A DNA stretch of 64,000 nt, from positions 19,034,001 to 19,098,000 of the forward strand of contig NC_047019.1 of the NCBI RefSeq assembly GCF_902652985.1, given 5' to 3'. Position numbers and translations under genes: made by a program. This document shows, piece by piece, positions 13,050-25,129 of the stretch; the stretch's first letter is position 1, and the number at the start of each line of letters is the position of its first letter. The notes under the pieces were generated by a model. The model saw only the letters and a list, made by a program, of their open reading frames with translations, did not search any database and was not told the DNA's origin. This DNA comes from Pecten maximus. Lineage: Eukaryota.

Positions 13050-16000
13050 GTACATGTACAGTGTAGAAAGTTTTACCGGATCAAACATAATATAAAAATT
13101 ATACCGGATAAAATCATTATATACATGTAGATAGTTTTACCGGATAAATCATAATAGAAAAAGGTAAACCAGATAAATCATAAGGTAAAATGCTATACCG
13201 GATAAACCATTATATAAATAGGTATACCAGATAAATATTATCAATAGGTATACCACATAAATATTATCAATAGTTGTACCAGATAAATAATATCAATAGG
13301 TATACCAGATAAATATTATCAATAGGTATACCACATAAATATTATCAATAGGTATACCACATAAATATTATCAATAGTTGTACCAGATAAATAATATCAA
13401 TAGGTATACCAGATAAATATTATCAATGGTTGTAACAAATAAATATTATCAATAGTTGTACCAGATAAATAATATCAATAGGCATACCAGATAAATATTA
13501 TCAATAGTTATACCAGATAATATTATCAATAGTTATACCAGATAATATTATCAATAGTTGTACCAGATAAATATTATCAATAGGTATACCACATAAATAT
13601 TATAAATAGGTATACCGGATAAATAGTATCAAAAGGTATACCAGATAAATATTATCAATAGGTATACCACATAAATATTATCAATAGGTATACCACATCA
13701 ATATTATAAATAGGTATACCACATCAATATTATCAATAGGTATACCAGATAAATATTATCAATAGGTATACCATATAAATATTATCAATAGTTATACCAG
13801 ATAATATTATCAATAGTTGTACCACATAAATATTATCAATAGGTATACCACATAAATATTATCAATAGTTGTACCAGATAAATAATATCAATAGGTATAC
13901 CAGATAAATATTATCAATAGGTATACCACATAAATATTATCAATAAGTATACCACATAAATATTATCAATAGTTGTACCAGATAAATAATATCAATAGGT
14001 ATACCAGATAAATATTATCAATAGTTGTACCACATAAATATTATCAATAGTTGTACCGGATAAATAATATCAATAGGTATACCAGATAAATAATATCAAT
14101 AGTTATACCAGATAATATTATCAATAGTTATACCAGATAATATTATCAATAGTTGTACCAGATAAATATTATCAATAGGTATACCACATAAATATTATAA
14201 ATAGGTATACCGGATAAATAGTATCAATAGGTATACCAGATAAATATTATCAATAGGTATACCACATAAATATTATCAATAGGTATACCACATCAATATT
14301 ATAAATAGGTATACCAGATAAATATTATCAATAGGTATACCAGATAAATATTATCAATAGGTATACCACATAAATATTATCAATAGTTGTACCAGATAAA
14401 TAATATCAATAGGTATACCAGATAAATATTATTAATAGTTGTACCACATAAATATTATCAATAGTTGTACCAGATAATTATTATCAATAGGTATACCACA
14501 TAAATATTATCAATAGTTATACCAGATAATATTATCAATAGTTATACCAGATAATATTATCAATAGTTGTACCAGATAAATATTATCAATAGGTATACCA
14601 CATAAATATTATCAATAGGTATACCGGATAAATAGTATCAATAGGTATACCACATAAATATTATCAATAGATGTACCAGATAAATATTATCAATAGGTAT
14701 ACCACATAAATATTATCAATAGTTGTACCACATAAACATTATCAATAGTTATACCAGATAAATATTATCAATAGGTATACCAGATAAATATTATCAATAG
14801 GTATACCACATAAATATTATTAATAGGTATACCACATAAATATTATCAATAGGTATACCAGATAAATATTATCAACAGGTATACCACATAAATATTATCA
14901 ATAGGTATACCAGATAAATATTATCAATAGGTATACCAGATAAATAGTATCAATAGGTATACCACATAAATATTATCAATAGTTGTACCAGATAAATATT
15001 ATCAATAGGTATACCAGATAAATATTATCAATAGTTATACCAGATAAATATTATCAATAGGTATACCACATAAATATTATCAATAGGTATACCAGATAAA
15101 TATTATAAATAGGTATACCAGATTAATATTATAAATAGGTATACCAGATTAATATTATAAATAGGTATACGAGATAAATATTATCAATAGGTATACCACA
15201 TAAAACACTTGTAATATGCATAGGTATGCGGCATGAATCATAATATAAATATATATACCGGATAATTCATATATATTCAAATTTCCTAATGTGGGTAACC
15301 AGATAAATCATAAGGTAAAATGCTATACCAGATAAACCATTATATAAATAGGTATACCGCATAAACATTATAAATAGGTATACCAGATAAATATTATCAA
15401 TAGGTATACCGGATAAATATTATCAATAGGTATACCACATAAATATTATCAATAGGTATACCAGATAAATATTATCAATAGGTATACCACATAAATATTA
15501 TCAATAGGTATACCGAATAAATAGTATCAATAGGTATACCACATAAATATTATCAATAGTTGTACCAGATAAATATTATCAATAGGTATACCACATAAAT
15601 ATTATCAATAGTTGTACCACATAAACATTATCAATAGTTGTACCAGATAAATATTATCAATAGGTATACCAGATAAATATTATCAATAGTTGTACCAGAT
15701 AAATATTATTAATAGGTATACCACATAAATATTATCAATAGTTGTACCACATAAACATTATCAATAGTTATACCAGATAAATATTATCAATAGGTATACC
15801 AGATAAATATTATCAATAGGTATACCAGATAAATATTATCAATAGGTATACCAGATAAATAATATCAATAGTTGTACCAGATAAATAATATCAATAGGTA
15901 TACCAGATAAATATTATCAATAGGTATACCAGATAAATAGTATCAATAGGTATACCACATAAATATTATCAATAGTTGTACCAGATAACTATTATCAATA

Positions 16001-16397
16001 GGTATACCAGATAAATAGTATCAATAGGTATACCACATAAATATTATCAATAGTTGTACCAGATAAATATTATCAATAGGTATACCAGATAAATATTATC
16101 AATAGTTATACCAGATAAATATTATCAATAGGTATACCAGATAAATATTACCAATAGGTATACCAGATAAATATTATCAATAGGTATACCACATAAATAT
16201 TATCAATAGGTATACCAGATAAATATTATAAATAGGTATACCAGATTAATATTATAAATAGGTATCCCAGATAAATATTATCAATAGGTATACCACATAA
16301 AACACTTGTAATATGCATAGGTATGCGGCATGAATCATAATATAAATATATATACCGGATAATTCATATATATTCAAATTTCCTAATGTGGGTAACA
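13050..16397. repeat. 26-bp tandem satellite array in two blocks
   Basis: Consensus ATAAATATTATCAATAGGTATACCA(G/C), roughly 110-120 units; interrupted at ~15200-15350 by a copy of its own flanks. Confidence 0.97.
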
Positions 16398-17329
16398 TGT
16401 AAAATATTTAATCTTCCTAGATCAGTTAGACTATTGTACGGTAGGTTTCAATTGGCCAGACTGAATATGAAGTTTAAAACACTTTTTAACCTCTGCCATA
16501 TAACTCAAATAACGCAGAAGAGTAGACTACAATCCGGAAGTATAGAAATTTTACATGATCCTCCCACTGACCATATGCTAATTTCACGTTTCTGTCAGAA
16601 AGCTTTATTTCATGAAGGCGACATTCTTTTGAAATAAGTGACTAATATCACGCCCTTCGTAGAACATACATGCTTCTCGTTTTAATCGTTTTATTTTGTT
16701 TATGTCCAACCAAACGTTTCTCGATATTTTTAGATGATGCTGGGACATAAAACTAAGTTCTGAACGTCTCCAAGAACACAGACTAAATAGAACAGGAACA
16801 GCGGTAGCAACTTTGTGTAAGATGAAAACCACCCGAATCATTTCGTCACAAAATCCTCCTAAAGAAAAGACTTGTTACTAAAGGGTTTTAATAGTTCAAG
16901 CTTTTATAGTAATCGGGATGTTATCAATTCTCGCTTTGCAAATTTCAGCATTAAACAGCATTCTGTTCCGTGTTATGATCCTATCACTAACGCACGTTAT
17001 TCCATTTGTCTGCAATCCTGTTGCCATTTTGCCATTATCAATGAGAGTTTGTCACGTGACATCCCCTTCAAAAAGTGAAGTGCTTGAAAAAAGATCAACG
17101 TAAAAAACTAAGAAAAAAGGCAAACGACGTCAGAAAGCTAGGCTTATTACCAACATATATTTTTGTATATTACTACGCCCGTGTAGTGGTCTTATAACAC
17201 CGAACTCTCATTGGTAGTGGTATATGTAGTGACAATGTAAATATATATAAATACAAACTTTATTTTTGTACAATCATTGCGAAACAAGTTATATCAACGT
17301 TTATCAATCACTCTTCTTGGTCCGGATGG

Positions 17330-17470
17330 AAACGCTAGGAGTCTTACTATTATAGGAAACTGGAATACCCGGGAAAATATCACGTGGTCTGGCCGGTAAA
17401 GGCCTATCGGGTAATCGAACAAATGCTGCCAAGGTGTAAGGCGCGTATGCTATTTCTGTGCCACCTGACG
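17330..17470 (-). mobile_element. Degenerate V-domain SINE fragment
   Basis: GGAAACTGGAATACCCGGGAAAA is the reverse complement of the V-SINE core TTTTC(T/C)CGGGTA(C/T)TCCGGTTTCC. A similar fragment lies at ~24150-24260. Confidence 0.45.
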
Positions 17471-18244
17471 TGTTCATTAAGATAAAGAGTGACCATGTTG
17501 TTTAGTATAGAAGGAAATGGGAAACTCTCTCTGAACATCGGTATGTTGTGATGACCAGACAGCTCTTATTATTATGCTTTCCACAATTGTTATGTATACT
17601 AATTAGCACTATTTCCGTAATGTAACAGTAAAGCACATGAATTTTCTGTTTCATTTATTGTACCAGCTCACGTTTAGTATCTTTTATTGAACCTGATTTT
17701 GTTCTATTTATGTTTAGTGCGACGCTAACTGTTGATGTCATACTCATTAAAGAACGTTTTTTCTATAGATAGTAAATGGGTTAGATATAAAATGATGCAC
17801 GAGGATATACCCTAAAATGCTCTATACATAATGTTTCGTGTATTTATACAATGTTTACCTTGATTGACGTTTAAAAACAATGATACACGGAGAAGCCGAA
17901 TGGAGTCACCAGTAATGAATCCGCATTCTTACGGTCGGTAGCATACCATTATTGTAGGACCTGTCGAATTGTTATGTTATTGTTTTGCACAAATTAAGGT
18001 ATTTCAAAACGCGCTTGTGGTCACTTTATTTTCGTTATGAATGAAAAGTCCTAGTTAATCATATATATATCATCATATGTTGAAACGGTTGATAATATAT
18101 TTTTTTTCAAACATGATTTTACAGCTACGTTCTCTTTATCCAGTATGCGAAACCCTCATCAATGGAAGAACATTTTAATGTCTCATTTTGGGGAACACGC
18201 GGTGTATATCTGAACCTTATCAGAGCTCTAAAGTAGTGGCACAG

Positions 18245-18359
18245 TGTACGTCACGACCAATCGATACTCAAACGAACCATATAAGGAGGATTTGCTTTGT
18301 AAAGTGGATCTACAGAGGAATAGCGAGCAGACCTACATGTTACTAGTGATACAGAGGAG
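18245..18359 (+). promoter_or_regulatory. Promoter and non-coding exon 1 of mytilectin gene 1
   Basis: CRE-like TACGTCA, CCAAT (18257-18261), CATATAAG (18278-18285). Donor GAG|GTTTGTATCTTACT at 18360 matches paralog AAG|GTTCGTATCTTACT at 27726. Acceptor ATCGCAG| ending at 18592. Confidence 0.6.
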
Positions 18360-18622
18360 GTTTGTATCTTACTGGGTGATCGTAATGAATGTCTGCTATA
18401 TTTGCGTATTGTTATAATTACCATGTGTAGACAAACTAATTATGCCTAAAAGTGTTTTACCAATATCCATTCATACATAACTAATAGAGCAGATACTTTG
18501 GTGTTCAGTCATTATTTGCATTTATCACATGATTGTCATTGCATTTAGAGCAAACATTGTTGTCTTTATTTTGCGTTTTTATTACATCGCAGGTAAAAAC
18601 GAGGAACATATTTAGCTGTAAG

Positions 18623-19057
18623 ATGACACTTTTCGTAATTAAACACAGATCAGGTGGGAGATACGTCCATCCTTTGGGCGGTGATCTGAATCCTAGCGAT
18701 GACACTAAAATGGTTGTGCATCAGGATATACACGCCGGTATGCATTTTGCATTCGACAGAACAAGAAATGGGTACGGTTACATCCGACACGTTGGAAGTG
18801 GTAAATATATCCGTCCACGTGGTGGCAATCTCAACCCTGAAGATAAAACTGATCTCGTTCTACACCAGGAACGTCATGCCGGGGCTCTGTTCTATATTGA
18901 TACCCAAAACCATCATATTCGACACCATGGCGGGAAATACATTCACACTAAAGGAGGTCACCCTAATCCGGGTAACCAGAACCCATTGGTTCTTCGTGGA
19001 GGACGTCATGCTGCGATGGAGTTTGTTATTGTTTCACCGTGTAACACTAATCAGGAG
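18623..19057 (+). CDS. Mytilectin (MytiLec-1/CGL-type beta-trefoil galactose-binding lectin) gene 1, main coding exon (145 codons)
   Basis: MTLFVIKHRSGGRYVHPLGG..VHQDIHAGMHFAFD..GYIRHVGSGK..HGGKYIH..HAAMEFVIVSP closely matches MytiLec-1 as I recall it (MTTFLIKHKASGKFLHPYGG..HAAMEFIFVSP). Three HPxGG-type repeats. Phase-0 donor GAG|GTGGGT at 19058. Confidence 0.93.
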
Positions 19058-21829
19058 GTGGGTAGACTTGTTTATATTTACTTATAATACAAAGGATCTG
19101 CGATATATCCTCATATATGTATCGCCTTTTTAGAATGATAAATATTAATTGTGTAATGAAAGACGTGTGCGCCTTTCTTTTATCTTTGATATTACACAGG
19201 AAATGCGATTTTTGCATGTTACAAATAGGTAGGAAATTATCGGTCTCAACAATAATAAACAACTGACTGAAAACAGTCGTCAATATACATGTATACTTAA
19301 TTACGATCAGCAATAAAATATTTTTGAATTCATTTGTTCAACTTGAGAAGTATTTCCCCGAAAACTGAACATATACATTGCACGTGATTATAAAACCTCT
19401 GACACGTACATGTATCATTTGTATTCCATGTGACATTGTTGCATTGAACGAAAATTAATACCAAGTAGGCATTGCATGGTCGACATCATGATCACAATAG
19501 GAAAAATGCATTTCCCGGAGCGGGATTAAGTCAAAAATTTCTAAATTGCTGATAAGCCTAGTAGTTTCATTAACAATTCGTCAATCTGCTCTAACTATTC
19601 TACACATGACGCAAGGTATTAATATCTTTCTATACTAATAAGGAGTCAGAAACTGAAGAGCCAAATCGAATTTAACTGCACAATACAGCTGTTTTATCCT
19701 TCTAGAATTCATCAGTGTTACAAAGGGCCTTAAATGTTAATAATATTAGGCGACCAAAACAACTCGAAATATGAAATATTGATTTTGAAATGCAAACGAC
19801 CGTAACGTAACAATCGAATTATTTTCCTTCCCCACTCTCAAGATATTTTGTTTTAAATTGCAAAACTAACTTTCATAGTTTTCTAAGAAGTAGATGGCAT
19901 GCCAAGTCTGCACTTCGAGTTTTTACATCTTTCGTGTAACTAGGTATCGCATTTGGGCGCAGTATGGTTAAGCCTGTTAACATTCGATTTTGTTGTACAG
20001 ACCGCATCCCTGTTTACGAATAACAAGAGACAAATATTAAAAATGTGCAATGAATAAATGATCTACTGACTCTTGATCTGGTCACAGCGGTAAACGGATG
20101 TAGTGTCAATTAATGAAGACTATATCAAAAGGCAGGCTTGGTTTGAAGAATGAGAGATACTTGACAATAGTACGATTGAAGATTGACTGTGTCTGAGCGT
20201 GCTGTTAAATAAAATATGTGTAGAGAAATATAAACCATAGACTTCAGGTAGGGTTGTGATCGATTTGTGATGAACGTAGTAGAAGCGCTGCGGTTAAAGT
20301 GTTTTAAAAGTAGAATGGGAGCTATTAAATATAAATAGTTTCAGGTGAATCGGTATTCGATAAGTAGGAATTGCTGGAGAGTTGACAATATAGGCGGTTA
20401 TATATGTATTGACGTATTTCAGGAACAATATGAAAATATGTATAGATCATCACAAGTGTTTACAGTGAATCCAACCTCAGTTTTGCTTCTCCGAGCTGTT
20501 ATGAAAGACAAAATTTTATCGGTTTTAGGACTGTATAACTTGCCATCAAAGTGTCCCTCTCTGGTATTCCTTCTAGCCGTGTCATTCTTCTGACACAGAT
20601 TCATTAATAATAGAATACAAATCATTGTAATATTAATTTTGATAGATACAAATATAAACATAGCTCATTGGTGTGAGCTGACTATACCTTGTCTCTAATT
20701 TCTTAATAAAGTTCATTCTCTTATGGATTTCCGCATAATGGCACCAAGTGTTACTGACGAGTGCTGGAAAGCCAAAACAGCTTGATGCTATAGTTTTACA
20801 TTCATGATTCGGCAAATAGCTTATTTATTAATTCATTCTTCTCTGTTATTACGCAGAATGCTGCTTTTCGTCATTTTTTTCTTTTTATACTTCTATAAAA
20901 AACTAAAGATCTGCTAACTTGATAATGATCGGAGGGGTCAATCTAGCGGAACTATTTTCTTTTTATTATTTGAATTACTGTTTACTTTAAGTACTATTGT
21001 TTAAGCACACACAGTATCCTTTGATGTTGTAAAAAGCGTAATGCAACAACATTATGTATTTCAATACATTTCATAAAGAAGAAAAATAAAACAATAAGGC
21101 AGTAACCGGTTGGACATGAAAAAAACAATTTTATGTTTTCGAACATGTTGAGAGGCGGACTTAACTGGGCTTATGTCATCAAAACAAAGAGACGTCTGCT
21201 CACATGTATGAGATATGCGTCCGATTTTTTAGACTACAGAATTTAAACAAATACTTGGCAAGTATGCAATATGATCTTCGGCGGTACCCTTACATCCAGG
21301 AACACATACATGTGTAAGGCATCCCCGTTAATTTCTCTACTTGACACACTATATAAACAAAAGACTTTGCACCCTCTACATGTGTCACTCCGGTCATTTC
21401 ATTACTGGTTGCCTATTAATCAGCGTCAAGCAATAATAATTTACTTTCTCTAGTTAGCTGTGGGTTGCTCGTTTCATATCTGAACATTTCCGTTTCGAAA
21501 GTGACGATACCCCTTCGTGATTGTATATTGTCGAGACCGAAAAAGGTGCGAATCAGCTGTCTATGACGTCACGAACGACAAATAAGAGGCTATCGAAGGG
21601 ATATTTGAACGTGGTGATTTGTCAAAAAATAGTCCGTAATTTAGTGATTGAATTGGTGGATTAATAATCAATTTTTGTTTTCCCGATGTATCTAATGAAT
21701 TAATTATTAGTTTTGATGTCAGTATTTTTTGGCTTCATTGAAGTATGGCAAATTTATAGCAAAGTTTTTAAAGAAACTGCTGAGCGGTTTCGGCAGTTTG
21801 CAAACAATCATTGAGTTGTTAAAGCAGGC

Positions 21830-22530
21830 GGGTGATGTATGGATTCCACGGTGGACCACAAATGCGAAATATAAACTCTTACGCCTCTTCACCTACCCGT
21901 CGTTTTCCTTCTTCTACTTGTCTCTTTCTTTTTTGGTTAAGTCGTTTCGTATCTGCACCGATTAGCAATGGTGGCTATTGGAGGTTATGGGTATTTCTAA
22001 AAAGCGCTCTTTTCGTTCCAGGTGATCGCAGTTTAACGGTAATCGACCTATCATTCATATCTGTCTCATTTCGTGTACCTATTCTTGAAACGACAGGAAA
22101 AACGTCCCATCTGGTAACTCCGCATACTCCCAAAATATTCCGTATTGATGATTTATCCGCTTCCAATCTTACCCAGACTTCTTATCCTTGATGCTCTGCA
22201 TTTCCAAAGTCCGTGTTTATTGGCATTTGCTCCAACTCCGATATAATATCCTCGAAGTTCCTGATGATCTCTTTACACCTGTCTTGCTTCTTTTTATGGG
22301 TTAAGGTCTTTTTCTACGGCTAACCGAAAGGGACCGCAAAACCACATCGCATCCGATTTCCCCATCATTTCGATATCTTTATTCGTTTTTAGGCAATTGG
22401 AACGACGTATTAAAATGTCTTGTGAACTGTAATTTAGCTGGTTACCTGAAGTAACTTCAGTCATGGAAGCTGACTTGGCCGTCGCTGCTGCATCTCCTCG
22501 ACTCTTTCCGGTTTTGATTTGGAACATTAT
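21830..22530 (-). mobile_element. Degenerate CR1/L2-type LINE ORF1 relic inside mytilectin-1 intron 2
   Basis: Minus-strand pieces with stops/frameshifts: MWFCG (PHD-like remnant), coiled-coil-like KKQDRCKEIIRNFEDIISELEQ, VSRIG..RSITVKL, and terminal FIFRICGPPWN, similar to invertebrate CR1 ORF1 ends. Confidence 0.55.
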
Positions 22531-22799
22531 TTCTTGACAAAAGCGATTAGACGTTCAAGTCTGCACATGCTTATCCTAAGGCATCACTATATTAATACTG
22601 TATTACAATTATATTCTAGCATTCATCACTTCATGAAAATGTGTGAGTATGCTCAAATATGCTTCCGTAGTAACGGATCTCCTGATAGCATCAATTGAGT
22701 ACAACAAATGCATTTGTTATGAGAGACAAACATGCGAGTCATGACTTGACCATCGTAATACTGTACTTCTTTCACTAATTTCACTTTCTTCTGTTACAG

Positions 22800-22811
22800 G
22801 TTGATCCTTAG
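22800..22811 (+). CDS. Mytilectin gene 1 terminal coding micro-exon (V-D-P-stop)
   Basis: Polypyrimidine tract plus CTGTTACAG|GTT GAT CCT TAG; AATAAA at 22900-22905. Gives 148 aa, the same length as gene 2, which ends ..EE|ICP*. Confidence 0.7.
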   Translation, partial: VDP

Positions 22812-23131
22812 TTAAGATTATCTCTCCAATCCAAGTCAGCCGATGTACCCCATTGTAATGCAGAGGGATTGCTCCTCGCGTGATAGACATCAGTTATGTA
22901 ATAAAATTACATATGATTCATGTAACAGTACGTTTCCCCAATTTAGAAACATCTTTTTTTTTGCATCCAGTGTAATTTTAACCTGTAAATATCGATCGCA
23001 GTGTTTGAGCCCAATTCTTATCAGATTGTTTTCAAATAAAACAGGGATTTGGAAATGATATGGTTCAGTTTCTATTTTGATTTATCCATTGTACTACATT
23101 AGAGTTTGTGATAAGTATTTTCATAGACTGA

Positions 23132-23320
23132 GGGGCCGCGGTGGCCGAGTGGTTAAGGTGTCCCCTCCACCTCTGGGTTGCGAGTTCGAAACCTACGTGG
23201 GGCAGTTGCCAGGTACTGACCGTAGGCCGGTGGTTTTCTCCGGGTACTCTGGCTTTCCTCCACCTCGAAATCTGGCACAACCTTAAATGACCCTGGCTGT
23301 TAATAGGACGTTAAACAAAA
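23132..23320 (+). mobile_element. tRNA-derived V-domain SINE (BivaV-SINE-like)
   Basis: A-box GGTGGCCGAGTGG, B-box GAGTTCGAAACC, V-core GGTTTTCTCCGGGTACTCTGGCTTTCCTCCAC, tail TGTTAATAGGACGTTAAACAAAA. Confidence 0.8.
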
Positions 23321-24564
23321 ATATTTCAACGAATGACATTGTGACCAAATTTTAATATAGCGTATTCAACACTTATAACGTCAATGTTTATACAGATGCA
23401 CATGTGGGTTAATGTTGCATTTATGATTTAACACCAACAATCGTTATGCTTTTAAATAAATTCATTATTTAATCATTTCCCCGTCAGTTCTATTTGTTTT
23501 CTCGACCGGATTTTAACGTTCGGTGTCGAACGTCCTTATCATTATGTTTTCGTCGGTCCTCGTGTTCTCGCGTGGGCGGCACGAAGGATAACATTAACAC
23601 TTTGTCGGTAAATGAAGCCAGAGCACGTGACTAACGTATTTTACAAACTTGATACACCTGTTCATCGTACTTAGAAACCGAGGAAAAGTGCTATACATTT
23701 TTCTATTTATTCAAGTACAGTTACATAACGGCGTTATAAACTGGTATTAATTGAAAAGTGCCGATTAATTTACGACTTTTTTTAAACAATTTTGACGATG
23801 TTCGTCATTTTCGTGAGAATGTACAGCACTTTTCGTTGTTCTCGTACAAATACACCTTCACATTCTTATCTGTTTCATAAGCATATATTTAGGTAGTCGG
23901 GTGCTCTAGGACGATTTATAGAGCAAAGTGTTAATGTTCATGCTTCGATATTGGAACTCAGCAGTGTCACTAATAATGTCAATCTACCTCTTGTGGAAAA
24001 ATCCGTTTACCAATATCACAATTTTGTGAAAATATATAACAATTGAGATGTTAGAGACAGTTCTACATTTCAAATAGTAATTTGTCTAATCTTGTGAATT
24101 TATATTGTTTTACAATAATTGCTGGATAACGGATATCAATCACTCTTGATTGCCTGGATGGAAGCGAGGGATTGTACTGCTGAAGGAAACCGGGGCATCA
24201 GGAGAAAATCCACACTGTCAGGCTTGTTACCTCATACCCTTTTCATGCCCGATAATTACCACTGCGAAACCTGACCACCCATGTCTTACATTTTCATCTC
24301 TTTTTATATTCTGTTACGTTCACATATACTAACATGGACGTTAAATAATATGAACGTTAATGTAAAACGTACGCGATAATTTGTTTCTGTTGTTTATTTG
24401 TGTGTATAAGGAATCGTATCGCGATATGATTGGCTGTAGTAACAACATAGCCTAATGTTAGTTGTAATTACATTATGGGGCATGATGTTGATTCAAAGTA
24501 TAGTTTTATTCGAAATTCAAAGTTTGCTATTAATTTATTATCGCATTAGTTATTAAACTTTTCC

Positions 24565-25070
24565 CCACATTACATCGATATGTGATACCAAGCTGCTTTA
24601 AATTATATATGAGTGTACATAATGATGTGGTTAATAGTTTTTAAAGTAAGATATAGTATTTGATCTGATCACAAATAAGCAGACAAATCCATATTTATCA
24701 ATGAATCATTGTAGGTGATCACAATGTATTGATAGGATAGCAAGGTATCGGAAGTATAGAGCTTATAAGCAAGCATGTTTACATTTGGAAATGTAGATAG
24801 ATTTGCTAGGAAATTGCACTGCTGATATCTTATATACAGTTCAGTTCCGGGAAATGACAGTCATATTTACTCAAAAACATCGTTAATTTTAGATATATAT
24901 ACCTGCTAAAATGAAAACCATATTCCCATGATAATGCAGATATAGTTTTTATATATGCAAATCATTCCGAATGGCCAGGCAACGATCAATGTACAACACA
25001 TGTTTTAGACACAGAGGAGACGGATATCCTTTTAGAACACCTGGTTTTATTCGACCTTGAGTTGTATTCA
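24565..25070 (+). repeat. Dispersed repeat, copy 1 (copy 2 at ~32285-32790; deleted derivatives at 30015-30125 minus and 63430-63478)
   Basis: Shared strings ACATCGATA(T)..TACCAAGCTGCT..AAATT, AAATGTAGATAGA..GCTAGG, GCACTGCTGATATCTTAT, TTCAGTTCCGG, AGTCATATTTACT. Confidence 0.8.
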
Positions 25071-25129
25071 TTATAGTTATCACAGAGCTAGTTGGTTGTG
25101 GTTAAGCATGGCAAGGCTGCTGTTCCTTT

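Noticed and set aside
13200-16300. CRISPR-like appearance of the regular short repeats
   Set aside because: Units are head-to-tail with no unique spacers, no cas genes, and the context is eukaryotic.
18533-18622. Apparent signal-peptide-like extension on lectin 1 (LLSLFCVFIT)
   Set aside because: Starts at TTG and translates the intron polypyrimidine tract; the homologous start is ATG 18623.
23132-23200. tRNA gene
   Set aside because: A and B boxes are present but there is no cloverleaf, and it continues into a SINE body and tail.
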